NCBI GenBank assembly: GCA_964016885.1
Contig: OZ024743.1
Coordinates: 268,026,001 to 268,090,000 of the forward strand
DNA length: 64,000 nt
Direction: 5' to 3'
Source: Eledone cirrhosa
Lineage: Eukaryota
Both the position numbers and the translations under genes were made by a program. The notes under the pieces are model-generated. The model searched no databases, was not told where the DNA came from, and saw only the letters and a list, made by a program, of their open reading frames with translations. The stretch's first letter is position 1; each line of letters opens with the position of its first letter. Of this stretch, positions 16,166 to 33,000 are shown piece after piece.

Positions 16166-16567
16166 CAATATATATATATATATATACCTTGTAAACACAT
16201 TTACAGGTGTTTTGTTCCATATCCTTATGGTATCATTCGCAAGCCAATTGATTGTTAAATGTGTGTTTTACCAAATTTTGTCCCAGGTACCATGTTGTCA
16301 GCAAGAGTTGGGAATGAAGAATAATTTAAATCAGTTTCACTCATTGTATAAATAAAATATGAATGATATTTTATATTCGAACTTATTCATCCGATCAACA
16401 TTCTCATTACATATTTTACTCACACATTCACGCTTTCTTTCTCACTACTGCTTTATCTCTGACTTTATATAAGCATGTATGTAAGTACTTACGTATGTAT
16501 ATATGTATCAATATATTTATGTATGTTCTTATGTATGTATCTATGTAAGCATGCATATATATATATA

Positions 16568-16603
<36 letters not shown>

Positions 16604-16609
<6 letters not shown>

Positions 16610-18768
16610 AATAATGGAGCTGCGGCGTTGCAAATGGGATACATATGAAAAAGTGAGTCCTTCATCAGTGACCCTCCAACCGTCCTCGGCATTTCATCGC
16701 TTTAAGGGCCATATGCCTCAGGTTGGTGCGAACAACGGCTAAAAAAAGTCGTTGGGACACGTAAACAAAGGGGGACGCTAGAGTAACAACAAAAAAGTTT
16801 AAGCAACGGAAAGTGAGTAGAAATAGACAAGTCCCAGATCTCTATGAATATAAACTCTGTGAAATCGTGAACAAGAGACGAAAGACCATCAAACCTGGTT
16901 GAAATGTGAGCAAGGAAAGAATTTCGCCCAAGTTTGACGGGGGGGAAAAAGAGAGAGAGAGAAAGGAGAGAAGAAGAAGAAGAAGAAGAAGAAGAAGAAG
17001 AAGAAGAAGAAGAAGAAGAAGAAGAAGAAGAAGAAGAAGAAGAAGAAGAAGAAGAAGAAGAAGAAGAAGAAGATAAAGGGGTCTGGTCTACGAATTCGGT
17101 AAACGCAAGTTTTGTGAAGTCGCAGACGAAAGAGAGAGAGAAAAAAATTCCATACCAGCTCGGTCAAGACCGCGCGAGAAAAGAATTACACACAGGTCAA
17201 ACTTGAAGGAGGAGGAGGAAAGAGGAGGAGGAGAGGTAGTGACAGAGAATGAGTGAGTGAAAGTTGAGGAGAGAGTAACAGAGAGGGAGACTGCTAGAAG
17301 TGGTAAAGATACAAGGAACGAAACAGACGAAGGCAGCATGGAAAAAATATATGTGTAAATATGATAATAATGGAGCTGCGGCGTTGCAAATAGGATACAT
17401 ATGAAAAAGTGAGTCCTTCGTCAGTGACCCTCCAACCGTCCTCGGCATTTCATCGCTTTAAGGGCCATATGCCTCAGGTTGGTGCGAACAACGGCTAAAA
17501 AAAGTCGTTGGGACACGTAAACAAAGGGGGACGCTAGAGTAACAACAAAAAAGTTTAAGCAACGGAAAGTGAGTAGAAATAGACAAGTCCCAGATCTCTA
17601 TGAATATAAACTCTGTGAAATCGTGAACAAGAGACGAAAGACCATCAAACCTGGTTGAAATGTGAGCAAGGAAAGAATTTCGCCCAAGTTTGACGGGGGG
17701 AAAAAAAGAGAGAGAGAGAAAGGAGAGAAGAAGAAGAAGAAGAAGAAGAAGAAGAAGAAGAAGAAGAAGAAGAAGAAGAAGAAGAAGAAGAAGAAGAAGA
17801 AGAAGAAGAAGATAAAGGGGTCTGGTCTACGAATTCGGTAAACGCAAGTTTTGTGAAGTCGCAGACGAAAGAGAGAGAGAACAAAATTCCATACCAGCTC
17901 GGTCAAGACCGCGCGAGAAAAGAATTACACACAGGTCAAACTTGAAGGCGGAGGAGGAAAGAGGAGGAGGAGAGGTAGTGACAGAGAATGAGGGAGTGAA
18001 AGTTGAGGAGAGGGTAACAGAGAGGGAGACTGCTAGAAGTGGTAAAGATACAAGGAACGAAACAGACGAAGGCAGCATGGAAAAAAAATATGTGTAAATA
18101 TGATAATAATGGAGCTGCGGCGTTGCAAATGGGATACATATGAAAAAGTGAGTCCTTCATCAGTGACCCTCCAACCGTCCTCGGCATTTCATCGCTTTAA
18201 GGGCCATATGCCTCAGGTTGGTGCGAACAACGGCTAAAAAAAGTCGTTGGGACACGTAAACAAAGGGGGACGCTAGAGTAACAACAAAATAGTTTAAGCA
18301 ACGGAAAGTGAGTAGAAATAGACAAGTCCCAGATCTATATGAATATAAACTCTGTGAAATCGTGAACAAGAGACGAAAGACCATCAAACCTGGTTGAAAT
18401 GTGAGCAAGGAAAGAATTTCGCCCAAGTTTGACGGGGGGGAAAAAGAGAGAGAGAGAAAGGAGAGAAGAAGAAGAAGAAGAAGAAGAAGAAGAAGAAGAA
18501 GAAGAAGAAGAAGAAGAAGAAGAAGAAGAAGAAGAAGAAGAAGAAGAAGAAGAAGAAGAAGATAAAGGGGTCTGGTCTACGAATTCGGTAAACGCAAGTT
18601 TTGTGAAGTCGCAGACGAAAGAGAGAGAGAAAAAAATTCCATACCAGCCCGGTCAAGACCGCGCGAGAAAAGAATTACACACAGGTCAAACTTGAAGGAG
18701 GAGGAGGAAAGAGGAGGAGGAGAGGTAGTGACAGAGAATGAGGGAGTGAAAGTTGAGGAGAGGGTAAC
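16604..18768 (-). mobile_element. Non-coding tandem element of ~2.9 units (periods 756 and 739 bp), PLE pseudo-LTR or retrozyme-like
   Basis: Near-identical units, each with an internal (AAG)n tract of variable length. The CTGANGA motif lies on the minus strand at 16662-16668, 17418-17424 and 18157-18163. No credible ORF; (TA)n lies at the left end. Confidence 0.85.
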
Positions 18769-19069
<301 letters not shown>

Positions 19070-21423
19070 CATACACTCATATATATATATGTGTATGTAT
19101 GTATGTATGTATGTATGTATGTATGTATGTATGTATGTATGTATGTATGTATATATGTGTGTGTATGTGGGATTTTATATGCTGACATAGTCGAACAAAT
19201 TTGGGCATATTACTTTCATTTAATAAAATATTTTCCAATATTTATAAAATACTAATTTTAACAACGTTTTTTCATACTATTGCTATTATTGCTATTCATT
19301 GCTATTGACGTTCAATTTTGTAGCCACAAAACATAAGTAATATTTGTTCACAGAATGTGGCATCTGATTGTCAACATTGAATGACATTAAAAATATTTTT
19401 AAAATAAGTTTTAGATTTTAATCTGAGTTTCTAGCCAGAAACTGATACAGAAATAAGGAGATAAAAGTATGAAATATTGGCAGATTTTGTTGTTGTTTTT
19501 TTCTTGATACTTGGCTATATATCGTCCTATATGTCTAGTCAAATATATATTAAATACAAACGGATTTTGAAAATCACAATCTTTCTTTTTACTGGTGGCT
19601 GATTGAATAACGAAATTGGCCATTACTAGATTTCTATGAGCAGCAGTGTAGAGAGCAGCTCTTGAGTACAACACAGAATTTGATGAATCTTTCAAATAAT
19701 ATTTATTATCTAATAGCCTTACGCAATATAACATGTCATTTACTTGAAATCTTTACCAATGAATACAATGACAATTTCCGATAAAGAAACTGGTTTCAAG
19801 TAAAATATAAAAATAACAATTACTATTGATTAAATGTGTAACGTTCATCCTAGATAGAGTCTTGAAGGGATTAATGCATTTATCATGTTACCTTCTATGA
19901 CCACAAGCGTATACAAAGAAGATTTTTTTCAAAATTGTATTATATACAAATTTGTCTGTCGCTTAATTTAATTAGCTTTATACAGGTGAGACTTCCTACA
20001 CTAAATGTAGCTTACTCTTTGATACCTTCCCGTCTTCATAAATCAGATTTAGTGTCAGGTTGTATTAACAGTCTTTTGACATTTCCTGTAAAAGATTGTA
20101 TAAAACAAGTAAGTAATCCACAGCGAAGTTTTATTTCTGACTTTCAACGTCAATTTATAACGAAGGGTGCGCTCATTGCAACTGCATAAATGCTTGTTAA
20201 AGCTGCCATACTTTTGTAAACATGGTGACGTTATTAGACTGTGTTCAATAATTTACTTTCTGGTTAAGAAGAGGATGATGATTTTGATGATGATAATATT
20301 TGACAGATCACAAAAGAAAGGTGGTTTCTGCAGAAAGAAGAAACAATATCTATAGAAAATCTCTCATAATCTTGATATTAAAGATATTGATGATTAGAAT
20401 GTAGTTGACAACGATTCAGAATTAACTCAATTTTATTTTCAAATCTGTTTATCAACATAATGATTAATGACGAACGAAATAAAGATGAAGCCATTTTCCG
20501 ATGGAGGTGATCATGCAAACGAACGGATATCTTGCGAAATAGAGCATGGGTGCGACGTACGATATACGATATAATTATATGTTATTTTGATCAAAATGTT
20601 AATTTGTTGATGCAAAAGAACAATGATCATTACAAAGCCGAAATGCTGTAACAAATTCCTATGAGAAATTTCTGAAGACAGATTAGTTGCAAATAAAATA
20701 CAGGTGCAGTAAAAACTAAAATATCTTTTTAAGTTTGTAATTTTTTTTTATTTGAAAATATTATATTAAAATTACAACAAAAAGTCTTTGTTTTCCTTAT
20801 ATATCTACTATGCAAACACAATATTAAACGGATATAGTTGTTATTTTAAATTAGCGTAGCAATATTCAGATATTTTAACGAGTTTTTTTTTTTATTGTAA
20901 AATGTTTTATCATCGATTGGATTATTTCATTAACTTATTTCGCACTGAATAATGTGGTATTTATTATAATATATTTTTTATATTTACTGCACATCCTTTT
21001 ATTATGTGTTTTTATAATAATGCATTTTATATTTACTGCGCACCATTTATTTACAAAATAGAATTACATAAAAGAATATATCTTACTCAACGGAAAACTG
21101 AGAGTAACACCTTCTGAAATGAACGAGATTGCCATTATTCGATATGTTTATTCTTTGTTCCCTTCTCTTTATTCCCCTTTATCCATCACATTCTTTATTT
21201 ATTCTCTCCTCTCTCTCTGACTATATATGCGTATATATATATATATGTAAATATATAAGTATACAAATATATATATATATATATATGCAGAGGTTATATT
21301 TAATTTGTTGGGATTCAACAAGCTTAAACATTATTATAACTGATATAAAGCACTCAACAAATTAGTGGAGTAAACACACAATATATTAATAAATGGAAAC
21401 TACATTTATAAAACCATATTTGT

Positions 21424-21486
21424 TTTATTATATATATTTCAAGGGCAACCAAGGCAAATTATGGTGCGCTTTCATCAGATAGAATA
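21424..21486 (-). ncRNA. Candidate minimal type-I hammerhead motif (PLE type, palindromic stem III)
   Basis: Minus strand: uucuau-CUGAUGA-aagcgc acca..uggu u gcccuu-GAAA-uauauau-A-auaaaa. Stems I and II each have one mismatch. Confidence 0.4.
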
Positions 21487-22821
21487 CAGATTTGTTTTAT
21501 AAATAAATATTGACATACCCGGAATAAAAGACAACCTTAACCGTTGAAGCTTCCATATATATATATATAAAAAAACAAATTTTTATTAAGTTTTTGCTGT
21601 GACCTGTTCTCACTTTCACCCTATTTACTTTGTTGCTATTAACTCTTCCCCTTTCTTTCTTTCTCTCCCTCTCACTTTTACTCTTCCTCTCTCTGCTAGC
21701 TCCCCACCTGCTTCCATGTTTCTCTCGCCTTTGCCTCTTCATCACCTACCCTTGCGGAGTTCGGGATTATTTTTTTTCGCTCCCTGGTTCACCGTCTACA
21801 CCGCCTCGGTCTTAATTCCAGTAGCTGATGTGGACTTGCCTTACTTTCTTTCGGTTGCTTACATACATGTGCTTTTCATGTTTCCCTCTTCGCTGTGTTT
21901 TTTTCCGTTTTCCTTTACCTATTTGTCTTTCTTTTTTCCTTTCTGTTAGATATTTTTCTCTCTGTCTCCAATAAATTCCTCCTATAGTTATTGACGCAGT
22001 GGAGCTAGACATATTGTCTTTAATTGTAGAAATATCCCCCGTTCGTGCTTTCCTATTATTTACAAATACACTTAATCCAGCAATCATACAGCCCCTGTTT
22101 CTTAAAAATGTATATATGTATATATATATATATATAGATAGATATACTTTATATATATATACATATATATATACATATATATATATATATGCATATGGAA
22201 TTTTGTGATGTATTTATGCGACAGAAACACGAGTCGAATTAGCTGGGTTATTCCAATCAGCACTTAATGATACACCAAATACGTTCATTGTTTCGCGCTA
22301 ACAAATAATTATTCGGTTTTGAAATGGCATTGACATCGAGTTTAAACTCTGACAAAAGGCAATATAATAATCGGATTATAAATTTCGCAAAGAGGAGTAT
22401 ATTTCATAACTATATTTAAAATTGTTTAAGCTACGTAAGACTATATTTAAATAACTTCTCCCCTTCCTCTACGTCGTTTATTTTTTAAACTACTTTCTAT
22501 TGTAATTCTTTTTTAACATTTTTGACCAACATGTTATGCATTTACCATTGACGTATTTCTTTTATCTTCGTCATTGTTTTGCTTCTTTCAGGTACTTTTA
22601 CATATGTTGTACCTAACTATTCGATTTGCTATATTTTATTACAATTGTAGATAAAAGTTGCATATTTTTCGCCAACAGTTTGTGTTATATTTAGTTGAAA
22701 GAGAATATTTACTGTTTAGATGACAAGACATGTCTAAATATAGTACACGCGTTAATCAAATATAGTTGTTGAAAACGTTGATATTTATGTCCTTATGATT
22801 ACTATGCACACATTCACACAC

Positions 22822-22856
<35 letters not shown>

Positions 22857-22861
22857 TAATA

Positions 22862-22945
<84 letters not shown>

Positions 22946-22985
22946 TATTCATATACATATATATGTATATATATATACACACACT

Positions 22986-23018
<33 letters not shown>

Positions 23019-24193
23019 GTCTACAAACATAAACTCACACATATATAAAATGCTATGACATTTTTTGTCTGCTTTATATTGTCTTTTTGATAGTTTTTTC
23101 TACACATATTTCACACAATTATCAAAGATGCCAAAAATAAACTTGGTACCAGAAATAGATGAGGAAAGTCCATTGAGCTGAATGGTCCACTGAACTTGGC
23201 AATAACGTCACTGACTCAAGACCAAGCAGATAGCATAATCACTATGCTTTTAAACAAAGAATCTGGCAATATAAATTGGACATTATTTACTTTAACATTT
23301 TTTTTATTTTTAAGTTAGTGAAAATTATAAATATTACAACGTACTGTAACCTTGTGATCCTCTACTCTTCTCGCCCCACATTTGTTGCCTTGCTGAATAT
23401 TAGAAAATATACATAATTATTGCTATTGATGGCCCAAAACAATAGTTTACCTAACTACACATCGTGCAGTATTTATTTTGTTTGAAATTATAAGTTTGAA
23501 TTTAATTGCAGCACTGAAAGATAAAAAAGGTTGTATAGAATGGTGTGTAGGTAACGTGCTTAGTGGTTAAGTTGTTGGTTTTCCTGTTCTATTTGATATG
23601 TTGTGGGTGTGATTACAAGGCCGGGCAACACAAATTAGCCTTTAGGGAAGACGTTCTTTTTTGTTACTGTAAACTAAGGCAACATCTTGGCGAAACTCAA
23701 CGTTATGTCTTCTATATAATATGGTTCATTTCTTTTATTAAATTTCATTTTATATTATATATGAATTGAAGAAAAATAGTGTTGCTTGTTACAAAGGTGC
23801 CGTTGGTTACAACAAGAGATTATGTGCAACCGAATACTCATACGGATCTCCAGTCGAAAACTACAGTCGGTTGTGTTGTCAATAAATTTGTAGCTGATAT
23901 ATATCGTCAAAACTATTGAGACACACACCCACATACATTCAACCATACCATGTCCTGTCACCAGATTTATTAAATATGTTTTATTTTGTGCTGTAATGTC
24001 CTAGTGGAAACACACTCTGTTGTTTTTCCCTATATATCTTTGTGTCGGCTAACGCAAGCTGACATGCAACTAGGTCTTAATTATATTTTATTGCCGAGAG
24101 TGTAGCCGATAAGGATTATAGGTGCTTTTATTCTGATGGCCCACATCATACTTTTTTTCGTGGGCAAATTTATAATTATATGCAAATTTACAA

Positions 24194-24229
<36 letters not shown>

Positions 24230-24269
24230 ATGTGTGTGTATGTGTGTGTGTGTGTGTGTATAATAACAC

Positions 24270-24572
24270 CCTTCGGTCACGAATGACTATGGAATTTACA
24301 CCTAGAAAGTTCCCCTCCGAGGCACAAGTCCGGACAAGGTTGTTTGTGGACGACATGCAGTCCCCCATGCATACCAGTCTTCGCTCTTCACGCCACCGGT
24401 GTTGTGCAAGGGAAAGGCAAAGGCCGATAGAGCTTGGAACCGTTGATATCGCAAATCATTTTGACACTTCAGTGAACAGGAGCAACGGAAATAAAGTGTC
24501 AAGAAAACAACGCAAAGCCTGGTCCGAGAATCGAACTCATAATTTCACGATTGTAAGCTCAATGTTCTGACC
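24270..24572 (-). mobile_element. Probable SINE-like interspersed repeat with a tRNA-like head
   Basis: The minus strand near 24515-24570 reads like a decayed tRNA head (..atcgtgaaattatgagttcgattctcggaccagg, B-box-like); non-coding body. Confidence 0.45.
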
Positions 24573-24610
24573 ATATATATATATATATATATACTAGCAG
24601 TTTAGCCACC

Positions 24611-24642
<32 letters not shown>

Positions 24643-25764
24643 GGGGGGCGGGGTCTATGTATTTATGTATGTATGTGTCTGTACTGGTGATCTGATGTTT
24701 TCAGAATAAATGGTTTAATCAATTGCGTATTTCTCCAAGATTAATTAGCCATTACGTCTAGACAAAAGAAATGATCGTATCCTGTCATTGTCATCGTTTT
24801 ATTGAACACTTTCATTAGTTTTTTTTTTGTTTATGTTTTAGTTGTTTTTGTTTGTTGTACTTTTTGTTCTTATCAACAATACCATCGTTGCTGAATGAGA
24901 TGAGTAAAATAGTGACCAAATGAATCAGCCGTGACTGACATACGACACACCCTGTACCCGTAAAAAATATGTATTCACACACATATACACACAAGACACA
25001 CATTCACATTCAACCGCACATAAACATACAAATACATAGAGACACTCACTCACATACATACACTCACTCACGCACAAGTAGAGACGTATAAACACAGAAC
25101 GCACACAAATAAAAACAACCATGTGCGTATTTATAATCACAAATCCATTCATTGATAAGTTGAAAGATCGATAAAGTGATTAGGGGCGCAGACGAATAGA
25201 GTGCGTGCATGCGTGCGCGTCTGTGTGTTTGTGTGTGTATGTGTGTGAGTGTGCGAATGAGAGAAAGAGAGAGAGAGTTTATATAACGATATCTACTCAG
25301 GCAGGAATCATATTCACATATCCTATGTGTATTGAACCAGTGCTCCAGTAGTTCTAACAAACGTACACAATTCTCTTGAAAACATATGTGAGCAGCTGAA
25401 GATTCCACAAACATATGCTCTCTTAAGGTATTTCTTAAAAAGATTCAGCGTGACAAGTCTGGTCATTTGAATTAACGATTCAATTCAATTTGGCAAATTA
25501 GAGGAGCTACAACAACGTGAAATAAATTGCTTTGCTCAAACACAAAAATCGACGCCGGGAATCGAAATCCCGACCTTATGATCGAGAGTCGAACAAGCTA
25601 TGAAACAAAACCCATGTCTTCACCCAGACATTGTATAGAGAGGAAAATACGCTTAAGAATATAGGCATAAACATACATATAGATGCCCATACCAAAATGC
25701 ATACATATATGTACAGTATATACATGGGAAGACACTAACGCATACACATGTTTTTATTCACAGT

Positions 25765-25912
25765 CGCAGCAAAGAGTTACGGCCCTTTATGGTTTGAGTT
25801 CAAATCCCGCCGAGGTTAATTTTGCCTTTCATCCTTACGGGGTCGATAAAATAAAGTATCAGTAATACACTGGAGTAATTGCTGGCATTGTGCCAAATGT
25901 AGAAACGATTAT
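25765..25912 (+). mobile_element. tRNA-derived SINE (core resembling the Meta/MESC domain), 5'-truncated copy
   Basis: gagttcaaatcccgccgaggttaattttgcctttcatccttacggggtcgataaaataaagta core, shared by at least 8 copies in the window. Confidence 0.85.
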
Positions 25913-26169
25913 GTTTTATTCACTAGACAACACGAAAGAAACATATGACAGCAACTATTATACGGCTAACAATCTTAGGAAACATAAACACACTTATATA
26001 TGTACACACCGATACCTCTGCACATAGACGTGCACTCGCAGCCACGCTCAATCACACAAATGACTGCGTGCTGTTTGTGAGTGTATATATACTTTCTTTA
26101 CACTATTTTATATATCTTCATTTTTTGTTGTTGTATTTCTTCATTTTATTTTTGTTGTAAATTTATTAC

Positions 26170-26337
26170 AACTGGTTATTATTCTTATGAATATTATTAT
26201 TATTATCACCAACATCATCACCGTCAGCATCATCGTCATCGCCATCATCATCATCATCATCATTAATATTGTCCTCGTTATCCTCCTCATGTTTATCGCC
26301 ATCGTTATTGTTATAGTAGTTGTTGTTGATATTGGTA

Positions 26338-26372
<35 letters not shown>

Positions 26373-27370
26373 GTTATTATTGTTATTGCTCGTGTTTTAT
26401 AACTTATGACCCTGTTTTTTGAGAGAAGCTCCGGCATCGGGCTTGCCACCTAGCGTGTCATTAGCCTGAAGAACACCAATAAAACTTGTAGGAATTTGCT
26501 CGCCTCATAGATGAACCGTGAAATTGCAAAGTTTCCATGAAGGACATTTTGAAAATAAGAAAGAGAGAGTGGGTGAGGGGAGAGAGAGAAAATGAGAAAG
26601 AAAGAGAGAAAGAGGGAGGGGAGAAAGACATAGGGAGAAAAAGAGAGGGAGAGGGAGAAAAAAAGAGATTGGGAGAGCAACATGGGTGAGAGAGTGAATT
26701 AGAGTGGTGTGTATGTTTGCGTTGCGTGATGATGAAGGTGGTGTTAGCGGTAATCGTGTTGGTGATGGTGGTGTTTGTGGTGAAAGTGGTGGGTTGTGGT
26801 GCAGGTGTTGTTGTTGTTGGTGGTGGTGGTGGTGGGTAATAGTGGAGGTGGAGAAGAGGATGATGCTGTAAAGAAGAAGTCGATATGGCTGAGTCCTAGA
26901 GAAGGAGGAAGAAAGAAACAAACACAAGAACAAAGAATAAGATAATGAGAATTCCCATCAACGTCTTCCCCATCACCACCTCGATCATTATCATCACTAT
27001 GAATACAATGTTCATGATTTCACGATCATGATGATGATCATCACCAGCATCAACGTCAAATTCGTCCTCTTTCCCAACACCCCACAAAAACAACACCACC
27101 ATTGCCATCATCATCATCATAATCATCTTCCTCATTGTCATCGTCATCTTCCTTGTTATCATCATCATTGTTGTTGTCGATTTATCATCGCAATCAGCAG
27201 CTTTCTTATCGTCATCATCATAATCGTCGTCATCATCACAACGTCTTCGTCATTTCATTATCGTCATTATCATCATCTTCATCAACATCACCAGCAACAT
27301 CATCGTTATCATCATCATCTCCACCACTATCATCCTTTTCACTATTTTCGTCATCGTCTCCATCAACACA
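26170..27370. repeat. Low-complexity (CAT)/(ATT)/(GGT)/(GA)-rich region
   Basis: Degenerate trinucleotide repeats generating poly-H/I/S ORFs. Confidence 0.85.
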
Positions 27371-28218
27371 ATCATCCTTATGATGTTAACTCTCAGCACA
27401 AAGACTCACACACACATATAAACAGACATATATATATATACACATACACACACAACCATGCAGACACAAACTCCCTAACACATAAACATAAACGTATAGA
27501 CACACGCTCATACACACATAAACATAAACTTAAACATGGTATGGCTTTCTGTTGTGCTTCGACGACGTGAGTTTAAGTTATACGATCAATGTAGCAGACA
27601 TGTTTTAAAATGTTCAAGTTGCTGATCATTCCACAAACACGAGTAACATCGTGGAGATTAGAGCGGGAGATTAAGATGCATATTTGAATTCCAGGTACAA
27701 AGCATCCGACGGCCCTCCAAACAGCGTACCTAAAATCAATTTCAGCCCCAAGGTTTAGGCCGACGCGGAGCAATTGTAGATGAGACACGTCCACGTCACG
27801 CAGTACACACGAACTGGGGAACGTATGACAGCAAACTGAAACACATGAGCATTCGGCCAAAAAGCAATACCACGAACAAGGGATCAATAATAAGATGAAA
27901 AACGAGAACTGTCACGACATCAATGACAACATGAACAACAAAAGCAACGCCATCTACAACAACTAGAACATCAACAAAAATCAACGTGTTAACAATATAA
28001 ACAGCAGAGACAACTACAACAACAGAAATAAAGACACGACCGCCAATAACAACATACTATCAAATATCTACTGCTAAGATTGCATTTAAGTGTTAAAACA
28101 TCGTAGAAGAAATCACCGGAAGTTGATACTATATATTTAAACCATTGTTACATCTTTATCCCGAGATTATTCCTTATAATAGTCAAGGGAAATACAACAC
28201 TTTGAACGCGTTTTTATT

Positions 28219-29477
<1,259 letters not shown>

Positions 29478-29812
29478 TATGTGCTTGTGTGTGCGTGTGT
29501 ATGTAACTGTGTGTATTTGTAGGCCGGAGGAGAGAGAGAGACATGCATAGCATATTTTCTTTTTTGATTGGCCCCTGACAGTATATTTTAGACTCAAATA
29601 TTTAAAATAAATCCATCCCTTAGTAAGGTTTGTTTGCGTAATCCCAGCCTAGATTTCCTTTCAGTTTTGTATAAGGAAACTGAAACCCAACCCCGTTGTG
29701 TTATTGCATTTATCCAGTCTAATCACATCGATAACAAAGCATTTCCGTTGTAGCATGAATACATGCATTTTTATATTTGTGCCTGCCTTCATGTGTATAT
29801 ATATATATATAA

Positions 29813-29852
<40 letters not shown>

Positions 29853-30089
29853 AATTATATATACATTTATATATATATATATATTCATATGTATATGTAT
29901 GTGCGTATGTCTACGGGTGCGAGAGTGTGTGACTGTATGTGTATGCATGTCTATTTATTTATATGCATGTATGTATGACTGTGCACACTTGTTCGTGCAT
30001 CTGTGTGCTTTGTTACCTAAAGTGCACAAGCTGCAAACTAATGCACTGAATTCGATATATTTATTTGTGATTGATAATAATAATATGAC

Positions 30090-33000
30090 TAATATTATTC
30101 TTGGCCCCAAGGGCCGACAAATAGCGACGATTCAAAATCAGAGACTAAATCTAGTAAAAAAATGTTATAATAAATAACTAAAAAAGCAATACAATTACAA
30201 AAATAAATTTTCCAATAGAGGGGAATATCCAGGGATAAATTACGAATTCCATCAATCCTAAACCAATATAATATCCAAGTGAACCCTAGGAAGTCGTCCC
30301 TCTCCGCTCCTAAATAGGTAACGTACAGGTGCGCCGTCAGTGGAGCTGGTCTCGCTACATTCACTCACATTTTAACAAAAGTACCGAGGAGCAGCACTTC
30401 CCTCACGAACCTCCCTACACTTCTTTCAGCTACATCTACCACACAACCTCTTTTGCTACCGTTACCACGCTCAGGAAAACTACCTGCTCCTCTAGGCCAA
30501 ATGACTGGCGATGTTCATAATGGACTCGGTCGATAGCAGGATCCCTCTTATACATATTAATAGCTGTTTGATAAATTTGCGCTTGGCAGTAATACACGGA
30601 GACTAGTCAAGTACAGAAGTGTTTCTCCGCTTCGTGACCATCTACGACAGGTCCATGTGACCTCACTTCAGTGCCTGTAGATTTTGTCTTGAATTGTCAG
30701 TGCTTCCCACTAGCAGTGCCAGACTAGTGATTTCTAGAGGTTGTCTATAGACTTAGGCTGTAAAGTACTTTAGAAGAAATTGGTCAATTCAATGTCGGCG
30801 AGGCTCAGAGACTCTCCAAGACTAGTCGTACAAGCCCACCACTAGAACACTATAGAACTCTAGAGTGGAACTTCCATTAACCGCATTGCCCGACTGGGAG
30901 AGCACAACGAGCGCCCAGCAACATTCCAGTTTCGGTCTTCGTGTAACCCAAAACTGCAGCTTAGACAAGGATACTAAAAGCGGATAGATCTGTCTTACAA
31001 ACCGCGACCATATATTTCACCGCTTCTGAATATTAGAAGATACTCTCGTCTCATGCAAGTTTCCACATTACCATCCACTGTATGCCTATACCTCAGCGAA
31101 GCGTCAGCTGGGAATAGATGCACGGCCTCATCATGGTGACTTGTCCCTTCCATAAGAGGTTGAAGTGAAGGAGTTCCAATTTGGTGAAGTGTGAATGCGG
31201 TAAGGTGAGACGGTCAGTTGATAATAGATGATGGACGCGATGTGTGTGATCACCACCATATAAACCGGGTGACTTGCGCTTCGTACACCCGAGTAGGGCA
31301 CCCGGGTCTCGGCTGCTATTATCAGCTCTTCCCAGCACTCCGTATCAGTTGCTGAGAGTCGTGGAAGGCTGCCTAGCTAGCAACTGAAATCCACTACCGT
31401 CTCCCATCTCGCGCTCTCCTCAAACGGTCGTGCAAAATGTTGGCGAAAAGATGCACATATCAATCTGTAATCAACCATCACCCGCTTGTCTTGGTCCAGT
31501 AAAGATGAAATTGTAGTTTTGTTGCTACGCTGCGCCTTTACTACACGGGTCCATCAAGCAGATTTCGGCCCCGCGTTTCTTAGAATACGCGCATTAGCTC
31601 TGACGATGCAGACTTCGTGTTTCGGATTGAAGAAATTCTCTAATGCCATTATCGCCGCTAGCACGTCGGTTGCAATGTCACATCTCATCGCCTAATCTAA
31701 TCTACCTACTAACACTGCCTTCTATCTATTTTTACTATTGCTACGTCTTTACTAATGATTGTACTCTAATATCTCTTTTGAGAGCATATCATCACCTGTT
31801 TTTGACAACGTTCCCTGTCAACGTCCTTTAATCAAAGTGCTCTGAATCTATTACGTGCGTGAAGTGAAGCTTTCAGCTTATAGTAACCAGTTCTCTGCTT
31901 ACCTTTTTCTATATAGGTCGACCATGCAGAGCCTGAATGTATCATCTGAATAGGCTATATTTCGGAAATGTGGACAAGCTATGCTCTTCCTATCTGCTGA
32001 GCTATTGAAAAACTTATGTATATACAATATGTGGTTGATGAAAACGGGTTCATCTGCTCTCACGTAAAACATGCAAAGTCACTCCTCCTAGAAGGTGAAT
32101 GATCCCTGGGATCTCGTCAGTTTAGATATGGAGTAGTGCCTTCACATTGATCACTGATCAGTTCTCTCTTCATGTTCGTTTTTAACTACAGGATGGCGTT
32201 GCTTCCCTCTAGGATAATGCAAGCCAATATCCACAAGATGATTCCTTCTGTTGGGATTCTGGATATGTTTACCCTTACCTTCCTTCTTCCAACATAAAAA
32301 TGGCATAATACATACAGTTTAATCAAACAGGGATACACGGAGTATTTCATGGCAGAGCTTCGCTTTTAAAGAGCACTGAAACACCCGGAAATTGCCTTGA
32401 CGTAGTGATGTGTTGCACGTCGAGCATTATCTTCTTCCGTGCCATTTCAATGCCTAGGTTTTGAAGAGCTTCAAGATGATACCAAATTGTTTGGCCCTTG
32501 CTACATGATCTATGTCGTTACTGATGCATTTATGTGCACCTTGTATCAGTCCCCAAGAGGATGTCTCCGCTTTGCGAGATTTCACTGAAATATATCTATA
32601 TTTCAGTTTTCTCATCTTCTTTGCTGGCATCACTTCTGCCCGGATGTTTAAGTTGGACCATGTCTTTTCTCTAGTTATAATGTTTTCCACCCGGGCCAAA
32701 CGTTTATTATTTTCTGTTAAATCCAAATTGTATAGCGTTTGACTCTTTGCCACTGTGGTTGCAAAAATACTCCTCTTGTTGCTGCTGTTGCTGCTGCAGA
32801 TCTCGTTCTTTTTTATGCTGCTGTTTGGCTTCTTTTTTATTGTTTCTGACAACGTTGTCATTGTACATTTAGTTGTTGATGTTGCCGTTGTTGTTATGTT
32901 GTTGCTGTTTATGATGCGGTCATTCTTTTTCTCATTTGTGTTGTCACTGTTGTTGGTGTTGTTTGCGCTGCAGTTGGCGACACTGCTTAATGTAGTATTG

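Noticed and set aside
16889-18695. Repeated 80-100 aa ORFs in the tandem array (poly-F/E/S)
   Set aside because: Driven by the (AAG)n tract; frames change between units; no domain similarity recognised.
23545-23700. tRNA-like heads here and at 25540-25610 and 44915-44990
   Set aside because: No complete cloverleaf; these are probably decayed SINE heads, not tRNA genes.
27600-28060. Possible Tx1 ORF1 remnant on the + strand
   Set aside because: Only vague similarity to the 37.6-38.0 kb ORF1 fragment; cannot be supported without a profile search.
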